Notes under the pieces: generated by a model
The model's input: the letters and a program-made list of their open reading frames with translations, nothing else
Databases searched by the model: none
What the model was told of the DNA's origin: nothing
Position numbers and translations under genes: made by a program
NCBI RefSeq assembly: GCF_055900595.2
Contig: NZ_CM148325.1
Reading direction: 5' to 3' (one strand)
DNA length: 64,000 nucleotides
In this document: positions 42,810 through 55,251 of the stretch, piece by piece
Numbering within the stretch: position 1 is the stretch's first letter
How the letters are laid out: every line of letters begins with the position of its first letter

Positions 42810-43664
42810 ATGACTGACAAAATGCAAAGTTTAGCTTTAGCCCCAGTTGGCAACCTGGATTCCTACATCCGGGCAGCTAACGCGTGGCCGATGTTGTCGG
42901 CTGACGAGGAGCGGGCGCTGGCTGAAAAGCTGCATTACCATGGCGATCTGGAAGCAGCTAAAACGCTGATCCTGTCTCACCTGCGGTTTGTTGTTCATAT
43001 TGCTCGTAATTATGCGGGCTATGGCCTGCCACAGGCGGATTTGATTCAGGAAGGTAACATCGGCCTGATGAAAGCAGTGCGCCGTTTTAACCCGGAAGTG
43101 GGTGTGCGCCTGGTCTCCTTCGCCGTTCACTGGATCAAAGCAGAGATCCACGAATACGTTCTGCGCAACTGGCGTATCGTCAAAGTTGCGACCACCAAAG
43201 CGCAGCGCAAACTGTTCTTCAACCTGCGTAAAACCAAGCAGCGTCTGGGCTGGTTTAATCAGGATGAAGTCGAAATGGTGGCCCGTGAACTGGGCGTAAC
43301 CAGTAAAGACGTACGTGAGATGGAATCGCGTATGGCGGCACAGGACATGACCTTTGACCTGTCTTCCGATGACGATTCCGACAGCCAGCCGATGGCTCCG
43401 GTGCTCTATCTGCAGGATAAATCGTCCAACTTTGCCGACGGCATTGAAGATGATAACTGGGAAGAGCAGGCGGCAAACCGTCTGACCGACGCGATGCAGG
43501 GCCTGGATGAGCGTAGCCAGGACATTATCCGCGCACGCTGGTTGGACGAAGACAACAAGTCCACGTTGCAGGAACTGGCTGACCGTTACGGTGTTTCCGC
43601 TGAGCGTGTGCGCCAGCTGGAAAAGAACGCGATGAAAAAACTTCGCGCTGCTATTGAAGCGTAA
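42810..43664 (+). CDS. rpoH: RNA polymerase sigma-32 (heat-shock sigma factor) RpoH
   Basis: 284 aa; [35 protein letters not shown]-terminus. Confidence 0.95.
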   Translation: MTDKMQSLALAPVGNLDSYIRAANAWPMLSADEERALAEKLHYHGDLEAAKTLILSHLRFVVHIARNYAGYGLPQADLIQEGNIGLMKAVRRFNPEVGVRLVSFAVHWIKAEIHEYVLRNWRIVKVATTKAQRKLFFNLRKTKQRLGWFNQDEVEMVARELGVTSKDVREMESRMAAQDMTFDLSSDDDSDSQPMAPVLYLQDKSSNFADGIEDDNWEEQAANRLTDAMQGLDERSQDIIRARWLDEDNKSTLQELADRYGVSAERVRQLEKNAMKKLRAAIEA

Positions 43665-43685
43665 TTACCGCTGTTAAGCAGAGAA

Positions 43686-43717
43686 CCCTGGATGAGAGTC
43701 CGGGGTTTTTATTTTTT
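43686..43717 (+). terminator. Rho-independent terminator of rpoH
   Basis: Hairpin CCCTGGA..TCCGGGG followed by TTTTTATTTTTT. Confidence 0.75.
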
Positions 43718-43935
43718 GGGCCTCTGCAATAATCAATGACCCCCTCCGGCAAAACGCCAATCTCCACGCAGATTGTTAATAAACTGTCAAAATAGCTATT
43801 CCAATATCATAAAAATCGGGTATGTTTTAGCAGAGTATGCTGCTAAAGCACGGGTAGTCATGCATAAAACGAAATAAAGTGCTGAACAACAACATCACAA
43901 CACACGTAATAACCAGATGAATGGGGATTCTCAGG

Positions 43936-45039
43936 ATGAATATAAAGGGTAAAGCGTTACTGGCAGGATGTATCGCGCTGGCATTCAGCAATATGGCTCT
44001 GGCAGAAGATATTAAAGTCGCGGTCGTGGGCGCAATGTCCGGTCCGGTGGCCCAGTATGGCGACCAGGAGTTTACTGGCGCAGAGCAGGCAGTTGCGGAT
44101 ATTAACGCTAAAGGCGGTGTGAAAGGCAACAAACTGCAAATCGTAAAATATGACGATGCCTGTGACCCGAAACAGGCGGTTGCGGTGGCGAACAAAGTCG
44201 TTAACGACGGCATTAAATACGTGATTGGTCACCTCTGCTCTTCATCAACGCAGCCTGCGTCTGACATCTACGAAGACGAAGGCATTTTAATGATCACCCC
44301 AGCAGCAACCGCACCAGAGCTGACCGCCCGTGGCTATCAGCTGATCCTGCGCACCACCGGCCTGGATTCCGACCAGGGGCCGACGGCGGCGAAATATATT
44401 CTTGAGAAAGTGAAACCGCAGCGTATTGCTATCGTTCACGACAAACAGCAGTACGGCGAAGGTCTGGCGCGTGCGGTGCAGGACGGCCTTAAGAAAGGCA
44501 ATGCTAACGTGGTGTTCTTTGACGGCATCACCGCCGGGGAAAAAGATTTCTCAACGCTGGTGGCGCGTTTGAAGAAAGAGAATATCGACTTCGTTTACTA
44601 CGGTGGTTACCACCCGGAAATGGGGCAAATCCTGCGTCAGGCACGCGCGGCAGGGCTGAAAACTCAGTTTATGGGGCCGGAAGGCGTGGCTAACGTCTCG
44701 CTGTCTAACATTGCGGGCGAATCAGCGGAAGGGCTGCTGGTAACCAAGCCGAAGAACTACGATCAGGTTCCGGCGAACAAACCAATTGTTGACGCGATCA
44801 AAGCGAAAAAACAGGACCCAAGCGGCGCGTTCGTCTGGACCACCTACGCCGCGCTGCAATCTTTGCAGGCGGGCCTGAATCAGTCTGACGATCCGGCTGA
44901 AATCGCCAAATACCTGAAAGCGAACTCCGTGGATACCGTGATGGGGCCGCTGACCTGGGATGAGAAAGGCGATCTGAAAGGCTTTGAGTTCGGCGTATTT
45001 GACTGGCACGCCAACGGCACGGCGACTGATGCGAAGTAA
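43936..45039 (+). CDS. livJ: periplasmic Leu/Ile/Val-binding protein LivJ
   Basis: ATG at 43936 gives 367 aa with signal peptide ([23 protein letters not shown]). Confidence 0.9.
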   Translation: MNIKGKALLAGCIALAFSNMALAEDIKVAVVGAMSGPVAQYGDQEFTGAEQAVADINAKGGVKGNKLQIVKYDDACDPKQAVAVANKVVNDGIKYVIGHLCSSSTQPASDIYEDEGILMITPAATAPELTARGYQLILRTTGLDSDQGPTAAKYILEKVKPQRIAIVHDKQQYGEGLARAVQDGLKKGNANVVFFDGITAGEKDFSTLVARLKKENIDFVYYGGYHPEMGQILRQARAAGLKTQFMGPEGVANVSLSNIAGESAEGLLVTKPKNYDQVPANKPIVDAIKAKKQDPSGAFVWTTYAALQSLQAGLNQSDDPAEIAKYLKANSVDTVMGPLTWDEKGDLKGFEFGVFDWHANGTATDAK

Positions 45040-45098
45040 TCATTAATCGGCAATTTGGGTTGCCGCCAAATTGCTAATATCGAGTACGCATGCTTCAT

Positions 45099-45197
<99 letters not shown>

Positions 45198-45238
45198 AAT
45201 TTCTCGTTGGTCATCACTTTTGAAATCAAACTTGACGA

Positions 45239-45622
45239 TTAACGCTTCTCCCAGCCGCCCTGTTGTGCCGTAAACCCCAGCGTCTGCATAAACGCCGTCA
45301 TCACGCCGCGATCTTCCACGCCTGCATCCGCCATCCACCAGCCTGAAACGCCAGGATTGTTACGCAAAACCTCTTCCAGCAAATATTGCCCCACACCGCG
45401 ACGTCGGGTGACTTCCCGCACGCGCAGGGAATCCAGTGCCCCCTCGGTGCCGTTTAAGGTTACCCGCACGGCCGCGAGCAGGCGCTCGTTAAAACGCGCG
45501 GCGTAGATACGGTGGTTATCGTCAACCTGTAAAGAGGAAGGGGAGTACTCCGGCCAGATCTTTTGCAGGTCAATCCGGTCCTGGTCGCTAAAGTGTTCTA
45601 AACGAATGATGGTCAGCTTCAT
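45239..45622 (-). CDS. panM: PanD maturation factor PanM (PanZ), GNAT fold
   Basis: 127 aa; synteny between livJ and livK. Confidence 0.85.
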   Translation of the reverse strand: MKLTIIRLEHFSDQDRIDLQKIWPEYSPSSLQVDDNHRIYAARFNERLLAAVRVTLNGTEGALDSLRVREVTRRRGVGQYLLEEVLRNNPGVSGWWMADAGVEDRGVMTAFMQTLGFTAQQGGWEKR

Positions 45623-46045
45623 GGGAAACCCGTGTAAATCACAAAAGTGGAACCAGTGTAGCGAAATAATTTAATCGGAGGCTTTCTCTTTTTTATTTCT
45701 TTTGGCAGGTGATTAATTTTTTAACAGCAATAATTACAAATTAAAAACATTAGAGAATGAAAAATGTCCAGCATAATCCCCTGAATGGTAGTGAATTATT
45801 CCGCCCTTTGTACCGTTATTTTATGCTGACAACGGCGCTTTTTTCTGTTTATCTATCAACAAATTCAGAATATTATCTGTTCTTAATCGACTGAAAAATA
45901 GGGATTTTAATCGCTATTATCACAAAACACTGCGCTAAACCCTTAATCAGACAGGCAAAAACAGTGCAGTATAAAAAAAGTACAGTCTGATTTGTTAACA
46001 CATAAAAACAAAGCAACACAACATCACGAATGGGGATTTTTGACT

Positions 46046-47155
46046 ATGAAACGGAATGCGAAAACTATCATCGCAGGGATGATTGCACTGACAATTTCAC
46101 ACACCGCTATGGCCGACGATATTAAAGTTGCCGTTGTCGGCGCGATGTCCGGTCCGATTGCCCAGTGGGGCGATATGGAATTTAACGGCGCGCGTCAGGC
46201 GATTAAAGACATTAATGCCAAAGGGGGAATTAAAGGCGATAAGCTGGTGGGCGTGGAATATGACGACGCCTGCGACCCGAAACAAGCCGTTGCGGTCGCC
46301 AACAAAATCGTTAACGACGGCATTAAATACGTTATTGGTCATCTGTGTTCTTCTTCTACCCAACCTGCATCAGATATCTACGAAGATGAAGGTATTTTGA
46401 TGATCTCGCCGGGGGCGACCAACCCGGAGCTGACTCAACGCGGTTATCAACACATCATGCGTACTGCCGGGCTGGACTCTTCCCAGGGACCAACAGCGGC
46501 AAAATACATTCTTGAGACGGTGAAGCCCCAGCGCATCGCCATCATTCACGACAAACAACAGTATGGCGAAGGGCTGGCGCGTTCGGTGCAGGACGGATTG
46601 AAAGCAGCCAATGCCAACGTCGTCTTCTTCGACGGCATTACCGCTGGTGAGAAAGATTTCTCCGCACTGATCGCCCGCCTGAAAAAAGAAAACATCGACT
46701 TCGTTTACTACGGCGGTTACTACCCGGAAATGGGGCAGATGCTGCGCCAGGCCCGTTCCGTTGGCCTGAAAACTCAGTTTATGGGGCCGGAAGGGGTGGG
46801 TAATGCGTCGCTGTCGAACATTGCTGGTGATGCCGCCGAAGGTATGTTGGTCACTATGCCAAAACGCTATGACCAGGACCCGGCAAACAAAGGCATCGTT
46901 GATGCGCTGAAAGCAGACAAGAAAGATCCGTCCGGGCCATATGTCTGGATCACCTACGCGGCGGTGCAATCTCTGGCGACTGCCCTTGAGCGTACCGGCA
47001 GCGATGAGCCGCTGGCGCTGGTGAAAGATTTAAAAGCTAACGGTGCAAACACCGTGATTGGGCCGCTGAACTGGGATGAAAAAGGCGATCTTAAGGGATT
47101 TGATTTTGGTGTCTTCCAGTGGCACGCCGACGGTTCATCCACGGCAGCCAAGTGA
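46046..47155 (+). CDS. livK: periplasmic leucine-specific binding protein LivK
   Basis: ATG at 46046 gives 369 aa ([23 protein letters not shown]); paralog of LivJ. Confidence 0.9.
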   Translation: MKRNAKTIIAGMIALTISHTAMADDIKVAVVGAMSGPIAQWGDMEFNGARQAIKDINAKGGIKGDKLVGVEYDDACDPKQAVAVANKIVNDGIKYVIGHLCSSSTQPASDIYEDEGILMISPGATNPELTQRGYQHIMRTAGLDSSQGPTAAKYILETVKPQRIAIIHDKQQYGEGLARSVQDGLKAANANVVFFDGITAGEKDFSALIARLKKENIDFVYYGGYYPEMGQMLRQARSVGLKTQFMGPEGVGNASLSNIAGDAAEGMLVTMPKRYDQDPANKGIVDALKADKKDPSGPYVWITYAAVQSLATALERTGSDEPLALVKDLKANGANTVIGPLNWDEKGDLKGFDFGVFQWHADGSSTAAK

Positions 47156-47202
47156 TCATCCCACTGCCCGTAAAATGCGGGCGGGTTTAGAAAGGTTACC
47201 TT

Positions 47203-48129
47203 ATGTCTGAGCAGTTTTTGTATTTCTTGCAGCAGATGTTTAACGGCGTCACGCTGGGCAGTACCTACGCGCTGATAGCCATCGGCTACACCATGGTTTA
47301 CGGCATTATCGGCATGATCAACTTCGCCCACGGTGAGGTTTATATGATTGGCAGCTACGTCTCTTTTATGATCATCGCCGCACTGATGATGCTGGGCATT
47401 GATACCGGCTGGCTGCTGGTGGCGGCGGGATTCGTCGGCGCAATCGTCATTGCCAGCGCCTACGGCTGGAGTATCGAACGGGTGGCCTATCGCCCGGTGC
47501 GTAACTCTAAGCGCCTGATTGCGCTCATCTCGGCAATCGGCATGTCCATCTTCCTGCAAAACTACGTCAGCCTGACCGAAGGTTCGCGCGACGTGGCGCT
47601 ACCCAGCCTGTTTAACGGTCAGTGGGTTGTGGGCCATAGTGAAAACTTCTCTGCCTCTATTACCACCATGCAGGCGGTGATCTGGATTGTTACCTTCCTC
47701 GCCATGTTGGCGCTGACAATTTTCATCCGCTATTCCCGCATGGGGCGCGCCTGTCGTGCTTGCGCGGAAGACCTGAAAATGGCGAGCCTGCTTGGCATCA
47801 ACACTGACCGGGTGATTGCGCTGACCTTTGTGATTGGCGCGGCGATGGCGGCGGTGGCAGGTGTGCTGCTCGGTCAGTTCTATGGCGTAATTAACCCCTA
47901 CATCGGCTTTATGGCCGGGATGAAAGCCTTTACCGCTGCGGTGCTCGGTGGGATTGGCAGTATTCCGGGGGCAATGATTGGTGGCCTGATCCTGGGGATT
48001 GCGGAAGCGCTCTCTTCTGCCTATCTGAGTACGGAATATAAGGATGTGGTTTCATTTGCCCTGCTGATTCTGGTACTGCTGGTGATGCCGACCGGTATTC
48101 TGGGTCGCCTGGAGGTAGAGAAAGTATGA
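47203..48129 (+). CDS. livH: branched-chain amino acid ABC permease LivH
   Basis: 308 aa; operon position. Confidence 0.9.
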   Translation: MSEQFLYFLQQMFNGVTLGSTYALIAIGYTMVYGIIGMINFAHGEVYMIGSYVSFMIIAALMMLGIDTGWLLVAAGFVGAIVIASAYGWSIERVAYRPVRNSKRLIALISAIGMSIFLQNYVSLTEGSRDVALPSLFNGQWVVGHSENFSASITTMQAVIWIVTFLAMLALTIFIRYSRMGRACRACAEDLKMASLLGINTDRVIALTFVIGAAMAAVAGVLLGQFYGVINPYIGFMAGMKAFTAAVLGGIGSIPGAMIGGLILGIAEALSSAYLSTEYKDVVSFALLILVLLVMPTGILGRLEVEKV

Positions 48130-49403
48130 AACCGATGCATATTGCAATGGCGCTGCTCTCTGCCGCCATGTTCTTTGTTCTCGCGGGCGTCTTTATGGGT
48201 GTGCAACTGGAGCTGGACGGCACCAAACTGGTGGTCGATACGGCTTCAGACATCCGATGGCAGTGGGTGTTTATTGGCACTGCGGTGGTCTTTTTCTTCC
48301 AGCTTGTGCGACCTGCATTTCAGAAAGGATTGAAAAGCGTTTCCGGGCCGAAGTTTATTCTGCCCGCGATTGATGGCTCCACGGTGAAGCAAAAGCTGTT
48401 CCTCGTCGCACTGTTGGTGCTTGCGGTGGCGTGGCCGTTTATGGTGTCGCGCGGGACGGTGGATATCGCCACCCTGACCATGATCTACATTATCCTCGGC
48501 CTCGGGCTGAACGTGGTGGTTGGGCTGTCTGGCTTACTGGTACTGGGTTACGGTGGTTTTTACGCCATCGGCGCTTACACCTTTGCCTTGCTCAATCACT
48601 ATTACGGTCTCGGCTTCTGGACCTGTTTGCCGATTGCCGGACTGATGGCAGCGGCGGCGGGCTTCCTGCTCGGCTTCCCGGTGTTGCGTTTACGTGGCGA
48701 CTATCTGGCGATCGTTACTCTCGGTTTCGGCGAAATTGTGCGCATATTGCTGCTCAATAACACGGAAATCACCGGCGGTCCGAACGGAATTAGTCAGATC
48801 CCGAAACCGACACTCTTCGGACTCGAGTTCAGCCGCACCGCCCGCGAAGGCGGCTGGGATACGTTCAGCAATTTCTTTGGCCTGAAATACGACCCGTCCG
48901 ATCGCGTCATCTTCCTCTACCTGGTGGCGTTACTGCTGGTGGTACTAAGCCTGTTTGTCATTAATCGCTTACTGCGGATGCCGCTGGGCCGCGCCTGGGA
49001 AGCGTTGCGTGAAGATGAAATCGCCTGTCGTTCGCTGGGCTTAAGTCCGCGTCGTATCAAGCTGACCGCTTTTACCATCAGTGCCGCGTTTGCCGGTTTT
49101 GCCGGAACGCTGTTCGCGGCGCGTCAGGGCTTTGTCAGCCCGGAATCTTTCACCTTTGCCGAATCGGCGTTTGTGCTGGCGATAGTGGTGCTCGGTGGTA
49201 TGGGTTCGCAATTTGCGGTGATTCTGGCGGCAATTTTGCTGGTGGTGTCGCGAGAGTTGATGCGTGATTTCAACGAATACAGCATGTTAATGCTCGGTGG
49301 TTTGATGGTGCTGATGATGATCTGGCGTCCGCAGGGCTTGCTGCCCATGACGCGCCCGCAACTCAAGCTGAAAAACGGCGCAGCGAAAGGAGAGCAGGCA
49401 TGA
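48126..49403 (+). CDS. livM: branched-chain amino acid ABC permease LivM
   Basis: 425 aa; 4-nt overlap with livH. Confidence 0.9.
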   Translation: MKPMHIAMALLSAAMFFVLAGVFMGVQLELDGTKLVVDTASDIRWQWVFIGTAVVFFFQLVRPAFQKGLKSVSGPKFILPAIDGSTVKQKLFLVALLVLAVAWPFMVSRGTVDIATLTMIYIILGLGLNVVVGLSGLLVLGYGGFYAIGAYTFALLNHYYGLGFWTCLPIAGLMAAAAGFLLGFPVLRLRGDYLAIVTLGFGEIVRILLLNNTEITGGPNGISQIPKPTLFGLEFSRTAREGGWDTFSNFFGLKYDPSDRVIFLYLVALLLVVLSLFVINRLLRMPLGRAWEALREDEIACRSLGLSPRRIKLTAFTISAAFAGFAGTLFAARQGFVSPESFTFAESAFVLAIVVLGGMGSQFAVILAAILLVVSRELMRDFNEYSMLMLGGLMVLMMIWRPQGLLPMTRPQLKLKNGAAKGEQA

Positions 49404-50167
49404 GTCAGCCATTATTATCTGTTAACGGCCTGATGATGCGCTTCGGTGGCCTGCTGGCGGTGAACAACGTCAATCTTGAACTGTACCCGCAGGAAATCGT
49501 CTCGTTAATCGGTCCTAACGGTGCCGGAAAAACCACGGTCTTTAACTGCCTGACCGGATTCTATAAACCCACCGGCGGCACCATTTTACTGCGCGATCAG
49601 CATCTGGAAGGTTTACCGGGGCAGCAAATCGCCCGCATGGGCGTGGTGCGCACCTTCCAGCATGTGCGTCTGTTTCGTGAAATGACGGTGATTGAAAACC
49701 TGCTGGTGGCGCAGCATCAGCAACTGAAAACCGGGCTGTTCTCCGGCCTGTTGAAAACGCCTTCTTTCCGCCGCGCCCAGAGCGAAGCCCTCGACCGCGC
49801 CGCAACCTGGCTTGAGCGCATTGGTTTGCTCGAACACGCTAACCGTCAGGCGAGTAACCTGGCCTACGGTGACCAGCGCCGTCTGGAGATCGCCCGCTGC
49901 ATGGTAACGCAGCCGGAGATTTTAATGCTCGACGAACCGGCAGCAGGTCTTAACCCGAAAGAGACGAAAGAGCTGGATGAGCTGATTGCCGAACTGCGTA
50001 ACCATCACAACACCACTATCTTGTTGATTGAACACGATATGAAGCTGGTGATGGGGATTTCAGACAGAATTTACGTGGTCAATCAGGGGACGCCACTGGC
50101 AAATGGTACGCCGGAGCAAATCCGTAATAACCCGGACGTGATCCGTGCCTATTTAGGTGAGGCATAA
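49400..50167 (+). CDS. livG: branched-chain amino acid ABC ATPase LivG
   Basis: 255 aa; Walker [10 protein letters not shown]. Confidence 0.9.
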   Translation: MSQPLLSVNGLMMRFGGLLAVNNVNLELYPQEIVSLIGPNGAGKTTVFNCLTGFYKPTGGTILLRDQHLEGLPGQQIARMGVVRTFQHVRLFREMTVIENLLVAQHQQLKTGLFSGLLKTPSFRRAQSEALDRAATWLERIGLLEHANRQASNLAYGDQRRLEIARCMVTQPEILMLDEPAAGLNPKETKELDELIAELRNHHNTTILLIEHDMKLVMGISDRIYVVNQGTPLANGTPEQIRNNPDVIRAYLGEA

Positions 50168-50168
50168 G

Positions 50169-50882
50169 ATGGAAAAAGTCATGTTGTCCTTTGACAAAGT
50201 CAGCGCCCACTACGGCAAAATCCAGGCGCTGCATGAGGTGAGCCTGCATATCAATCAGGGCGAGATTGTCACCCTCATTGGCGCGAACGGCGCGGGGAAA
50301 ACCACCTTGCTCGGCACATTATGCGGCGACCCGCGCGCCACCAGCGGGCGAATTGTGTTTGATGATAAAGACATTACCGACTGGCAGACAGCGAAAATCA
50401 TGCGCGAAGCGGTGGCGATTGTTCCGGAAGGGCGTCGTGTTTTCTCGCGGATGACGGTGGAAGAGAACCTGGCGATGGGCGGCTTTTTTGCCGAACGCGA
50501 CCAGTTCCAGGAACGCATAAAGTGGGTCTATGAACTGTTTCCACGTCTGCATGAGCGCCGTGTTCAGCGGGCAGGCACCATGTCCGGCGGTGAACAGCAG
50601 ATGCTGGCGATTGGTCGCGCTTTGATGAGTAACCCACGTTTGCTATTGCTTGATGAACCCTCGCTCGGACTGGCACCGATTATCATCCAGCAAATTTTCG
50701 ACACCATCGAGCAACTGCGCGAGCAGGGGATGACTATCTTCCTCGTCGAGCAGAACGCCAACCAGGCGCTAAAGCTGGCGGATCGCGGCTACGTGCTGGA
50801 AAATGGTCATGTCGTGCTTTCCGATACTGGCGACGCGCTGCTGGCAAACGAAGCGGTGAGAAGTGCGTATTTAGGCGGGTAA
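50169..50882 (+). CDS. livF: branched-chain amino acid ABC ATPase LivF
   Basis: ATG at 50169 gives 237 aa (MEKVMLSFDKV...); Walker A GANGAGKTT. Confidence 0.9.
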   Translation: MEKVMLSFDKVSAHYGKIQALHEVSLHINQGEIVTLIGANGAGKTTLLGTLCGDPRATSGRIVFDDKDITDWQTAKIMREAVAIVPEGRRVFSRMTVEENLAMGGFFAERDQFQERIKWVYELFPRLHERRVQRAGTMSGGEQQMLAIGRALMSNPRLLLLDEPSLGLAPIIIQQIFDTIEQLREQGMTIFLVEQNANQALKLADRGYVLENGHVVLSDTGDALLANEAVRSAYLGG

Positions 50883-50893
50883 ATTATCGAATA

Positions 50894-50921
50894 CCCGGCA
50901 GCCAGCTTCTGCCGGGTTCTT
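50894..50921 (+). terminator. candidate intrinsic terminator of the liv operon
   Basis: Stem CCCGGCAG / CTGCCGGG with a 7-nt loop, followed by TTCTTC. Confidence 0.5.
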
Positions 50922-51000
50922 CGTCCGTATACAGACTTGTTTCAACTGACCGGGAGGATTAAAACCAGACCACTTATTTGCCACGGAAAGGTTCCCTCCC

Positions 51001-51747
51001 ATGCATTATGCCGTTGTCGTCATGCTTGAACTGCTTTGCTGTATTCACGCTTATCGCTCCGGACAAGAGCGATACTGGATTTTTATTATCTTCTGTTTTC
51101 CGGTGATTGGCTGCGTGGCGTATTTCGTCATGGTTATGCTGCCTGAAACGGGCGCTGACCGTCACGGGCGTACTTTGCTGATGCGCCTGCAGGACAAAAT
51201 CAGCCCGGAACGCCACCTGCACAAATTAACCGAAGAGCTGGCGATTGCCGAGACCAATCAAAACCATTATGCGTTAGCTAACGAACTGGCGCGCCTTGGG
51301 CGTTATCACGAAGCCGTTCCCCATTATCAGCAGGCGTTAAGCGGAATTTTCGCCCATGAAGCGGTAATGATGTTAAGCCTGGCGCAGGCGCAATTTGCTA
51401 TTCAGGAGTTCGCCGCCTGTCAGCAGATGCTGGAAGATGTGATGCGTTATAACCCCGATTTTCAGTCGGCAGACGGGCATTTGTTATTTGCCAGAGCGTT
51501 AGCCGCACAAGAAAAATACGCTGATGCGGAAAGCGAGTTTGAGGTGCTTGTTTCTTATTACCCCGGCCCGCAGGCACGTATTTACTATGCGGAAATGTTG
51601 GCGAAAATGAGTCGGTTACGTGAAGCCAACGAGCAGTATGTTGCTGTAGTTGATACGGCTAAACGCTCAAGACCTCATTATAGAAAACACCACCGGGAAT
51701 GGATTAAGACCGCCAATGAACGGCTGAAGCAGAGTGTGGTGCAATGA
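51001..51747 (+). CDS. hypothetical membrane-anchored protein: N-terminal two-helix domain plus C-terminal helical (TPR-like) domain
   Basis: 248-aa ORF with a GGAAAGG Shine-Dalgarno, E. coli-like codon usage, its own upstream and downstream hairpins. N-terminus (YWIFIIFCFPVIGCVAYFV) resembles PLD-N-terminal-type small membrane domains. Confidence 0.7.
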   Translation: MHYAVVVMLELLCCIHAYRSGQERYWIFIIFCFPVIGCVAYFVMVMLPETGADRHGRTLLMRLQDKISPERHLHKLTEELAIAETNQNHYALANELARLGRYHEAVPHYQQALSGIFAHEAVMMLSLAQAQFAIQEFAACQQMLEDVMRYNPDFQSADGHLLFARALAAQEKYADAESEFEVLVSYYPGPQARIYYAEMLAKMSRLREANEQYVAVVDTAKRSRPHYRKHHREWIKTANERLKQSVVQ

Positions 51748-51876
51748 AAATCTTCTTTGCCGTTAGACCAGTGTCGCGGCAATCTTTTGTTAAAATTGAA
51801 AAATGTAGCTCTCATCGGGCAGCAAAACTGGACGCAGAATTTGCTGCCATTTTTGCTCTTCATGGTAAGGAGTTCT

Positions 51877-51907
51877 GGCGATTAGCTGACCGTTAATCGC
51901 CTCTTTT
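51877..51907 (+). terminator. candidate intrinsic terminator downstream of the 248-aa gene
   Basis: Stem GGCGATTA / TAATCGCC followed by TCTTTTC. Confidence 0.4.
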
Positions 51908-51970
51908 CAGTGCATTCTCGGGATATCCGTGCCCCATCTCCCAATTTCCCTCACCCACGCCGTCACCGCC

Positions 51971-51988
51971 TTGTCATCTTTCTGACAC
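51971..51988 (+). promoter_or_regulatory. Pho-box-like site in the ugpB promoter region
   Basis: TTGTCATCTTTCTGACAC matches the Pho-box consensus CTGTCATAAATCTGTCAC at 13 of 18 positions; further direct-repeat-like sequence follows. Confidence 0.45.
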
Positions 51989-52106
51989 CTTACTATCTTA
52001 CAAATGTAACAAAAAAGTTATTTTTCTGTAATTCGAGCATGTCATGTTACCCCGCGAGCATAAAACGCGTGAATTCGCGCATTCGGTACAACAAGAGAGA
52101 TAAACG

Positions 52107-53423
52107 ATGAAACCGTTACATTATACAGCTTCAGCACTGGCGCTCGGACTGGCGTTAATGGGGAATGCACAGGCAGTGACGACCATTCCGTTCTGGCATT
52201 CTATGGAAGGGGAACTGGGTAAAGAGGTGGATTCTCTTGCCCAACGTTTTAACGCCGAAAACCCGGATTACAAAATTGTACCGACCTATAAAGGCAACTA
52301 CGAACAGAATTTAAGCGCGGGGATTGCCGCATTTCGTACCGGCAACGCGCCGGCTATTTTGCAGGTTTATGAAGTTGGCACCGCCACCATGATGGCGTCG
52401 AAAGCCATTAAACCGGTATATGACGTGTTTAAAGAGGCGGGGATTCAATTCGATGAGTCGCAGTTTGTGCCGACGGTTTCAGGCTACTACTCCGACAGCA
52501 AAACCGGACATTTACTCTCCCAGCCGTTCAACAGCTCGACTCCTGTTCTCTATTACAACAAAGATGCTTTCAAGAAAGCGGGATTAGACCCGGAACAGCC
52601 GCCGAAAACCTGGCAGGATCTGGCAGACTATGCCGCGAAACTGAAAGCCTCTGGTATGAAGTGCGGCTACGCCAGCGGCTGGCAGGGCTGGATCCAACTG
52701 GAAAACTTTAGCGCCTGGAACGGTCTGCCGTTTGCCAGCAAAAACAACGGCTTTGACGGCACGGACGCGGTGCTTGAGTTCAACAAGCCGGAGCAGGTGA
52801 AACACATCGCCATGCTCGAAGAGATGAACAAGAAGGGCGATTTCAGTTACGTAGGGCGTAAGGATGAATCTACCGAGAAGTTCTATAACGGTGATTGCGC
52901 GATGACGACCGCCTCTTCGGGTTCTCTTGCCAACATTCGCGAGTACGCCAAATTCAACTACGGCGTAGGTATGATGCCTTACGACGCCGATGCGAAAGAT
53001 GCGCCACAAAACGCCATTATCGGCGGAGCCAGCCTGTGGGTGATGCAGGGCAAAGATAAAGAAACTTACACCGGCGTGGCGAAGTTTCTCGACTTCCTCG
53101 CGAAGCCAGAAAACGCTGCCGAGTGGCATCAGAAAACCGGTTATCTGCCAATTACCAAAGCGGCGTATGACCTGACCCGTGAGCAGGGCTTTTATGAGAA
53201 AAACCCAGGGGCGGATACTGCGACGCGTCAGATGCTGAACAAGCCGCCGTTGCCGTTCACCAAAGGGCTGCGTCTGGGCAACATGCCGCAGATCCGCGTG
53301 ATTGTGGATGAAGAGCTGGAAAGCGTGTGGACCGGTAAGAAGACGCCACAGCAGGCGCTGGATACCGCTGTTGAGCGTGGGAACCAGTTACTGCGCCGCT
53401 TTGAGAAATCTACGAAGTCTTAA
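52107..53423 (+). CDS. ugpB: periplasmic sn-glycerol-3-phosphate-binding protein UgpB
   Basis: 438 aa with signal peptide. Confidence 0.9.
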   Translation: MKPLHYTASALALGLALMGNAQAVTTIPFWHSMEGELGKEVDSLAQRFNAENPDYKIVPTYKGNYEQNLSAGIAAFRTGNAPAILQVYEVGTATMMASKAIKPVYDVFKEAGIQFDESQFVPTVSGYYSDSKTGHLLSQPFNSSTPVLYYNKDAFKKAGLDPEQPPKTWQDLADYAAKLKASGMKCGYASGWQGWIQLENFSAWNGLPFASKNNGFDGTDAVLEFNKPEQVKHIAMLEEMNKKGDFSYVGRKDESTEKFYNGDCAMTTASSGSLANIREYAKFNYGVGMMPYDADAKDAPQNAIIGGASLWVMQGKDKETYTGVAKFLDFLAKPENAAEWHQKTGYLPITKAAYDLTREQGFYEKNPGADTATRQMLNKPPLPFTKGLRLGNMPQIRVIVDEELESVWTGKKTPQQALDTAVERGNQLLRRFEKSTKS

Positions 53424-53430
53424 CCAGTGA

Positions 53431-53500
53431 AATGTCGGATGCGTTTCGCTTATCTGACCTGGCATCGCGTGTAGGCCGGATAAGCGAAGCGCATCCGGCA
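53431..53500. repeat. REP element(s) between ugpB and ugpA
   Basis: GTAGGCCGGATAAGCGAAGCGCATCCGGCA unit and a partner. Confidence 0.75.
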
Positions 53501-53520
53501 CAGTTCAGGAATTAACCGTA

Positions 53521-54408
53521 ATGTCATCATCCCGTCCGGTGTTCCGCTCGCGCTGGCTGCCTTATTTGCTGGTCGCGCCGCAGCTTATCATCACCGTTAT
53601 CTTTTTTATCTGGCCTGCGGGCGAAGCGTTGTGGTACTCGCTACAAAGCGTCGATCCATTTGGCTTTTCCAGCCAGTTTGTCGGCCTGGATAACTTCGTC
53701 ACGCTGTTTCATGACAGCTACTATCTCGACTCCTTCTGGACGACGATAAAATTCAGCACCTTTGTCACCGTCAGCGGTTTGCTGGTGTCGCTGTTCTTCG
53801 CGGCGCTGGTGGAGTACATCGTGCGCGGCAGCCGTTTCTATCAAACCTTAATGCTGCTGCCGTATGCCGTGGCTCCCGCCGTTGCCGCCGTATTGTGGAT
53901 CTTCCTGTTTAACCCTGGTCGCGGGCTGATCACTCATTTTCTCGCTGAGTTCGGCTACGACTGGAACCATGCGCAAAACAGCGGTCAGGCAATGTTCCTG
54001 GTGGTGTTTGCCTCAGTATGGAAGCAAATCAGCTACAACTTTCTGTTCTTCTATGCCGCGCTGCAATCCATTCCCCGTTCGTTGATTGAAGCCGCAGCCA
54101 TCGACGGTGCAGGCCCGATTCGCCGCTTCTTTAAGATTGCGCTGCCGCTGATTGCGCCGGTGAGCTTCTTCCTGCTGGTGGTGAACCTGGTGTACGCCTT
54201 CTTCGACACCTTCCCGGTGATCGATGCCGCCACGTCCGGCGGACCAGTACAGGCCACCACGACGCTGATTTATAAGATCTACCGCGAAGGCTTTACCGGA
54301 CTGGATCTGGCTTCGTCTGCCGCGCAGTCGGTGGTGTTGATGTTCCTCGTCATCGTGCTGACGGTGGTGCAGTTCCGCTATGTTGAAAGCAAGGTGCGTT
54401 ACCAATGA
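53521..54408 (+). CDS. ugpA: sn-glycerol-3-phosphate ABC permease UgpA
   Basis: 295 aa; operon position. Confidence 0.9.
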
Positions 54409-55250
54409 TTGAGAACCGTCCGTGGCTGACAATATTCAGCCATACCATGCTGATCCTCGGGATCGCGGTGATCCTCTTCCCGTTGTACGTGGCGTTTGTC
54501 GCGGCGACGCTGGATAAACAGGCCGTCTACGCCGCGCCGATGACGCTCATCCCCGGCACGCATCTGTTGGAAAACATCCACAACATCTGGGTGAACGGGG
54601 TAGGCACAAATAGCGCGCCGTTCTGGCGGATGTTGCTTAACAGCTTCGTGATGGCGTTCAGCATTACGCTCGGCAAAATTACCGTCTCGATGCTCTCGGC
54701 ATTTGCCATTGTCTGGTTTCGTTTTCCGCTGCGTAACCTCTTCTTCTGGATGATTTTTATCACCCTGATGCTGCCAGTTGAAGTGCGTATCTTCCCGACA
54801 GTAGAAGTCATCGCCAATCTGAATATGCTCGACAGCTACGCTGGTTTAACGCTGCCGCTGATGGCCTCGGCAACCGCTACCTTCCTGTTCCGCCAGTTCT
54901 TTATGACGCTACCGGATGAGCTGGTGGAAGCGGCGCGGATCGACGGTGCGTCACCAATGCGTTTCTTTTGCGACATCGTTTTCCCGCTGTCGAAAACCAA
55001 TCTGGCGGCGCTGTTTGTGATCACTTTTATTTACGGCTGGAACCAGTATTTGTGGCCGTTGTTGATTATTACCGACGTTGATCTCGGCACCACCGTGGCA
55101 GGAATCAAAGGGATGATCGCTACAGGCGAAGGCACCACGGAATGGAATTCGGTGATGGCGGCGATGTTGTTAACGCTTATCCCTCCGGTGGTGATTGTTT
55201 TAGTGATGCAGCGTGCCTTCGTGCGCGGCCTGGTCGATAGTGAGAAATAA
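54405..55250 (+). CDS. ugpE: sn-glycerol-3-phosphate ABC permease UgpE
   Basis: 281 aa; 4-nt overlap with ugpA. Confidence 0.9.
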
Positions 55251-55251
55251 G

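Noticed and set aside
45623-46045. Specific Lrp binding sites in the livK and livJ upstream regions
   Set aside because: The regions are AT-rich and plausibly Lrp-regulated, but the Lrp consensus is too degenerate to place sites from sequence alone.
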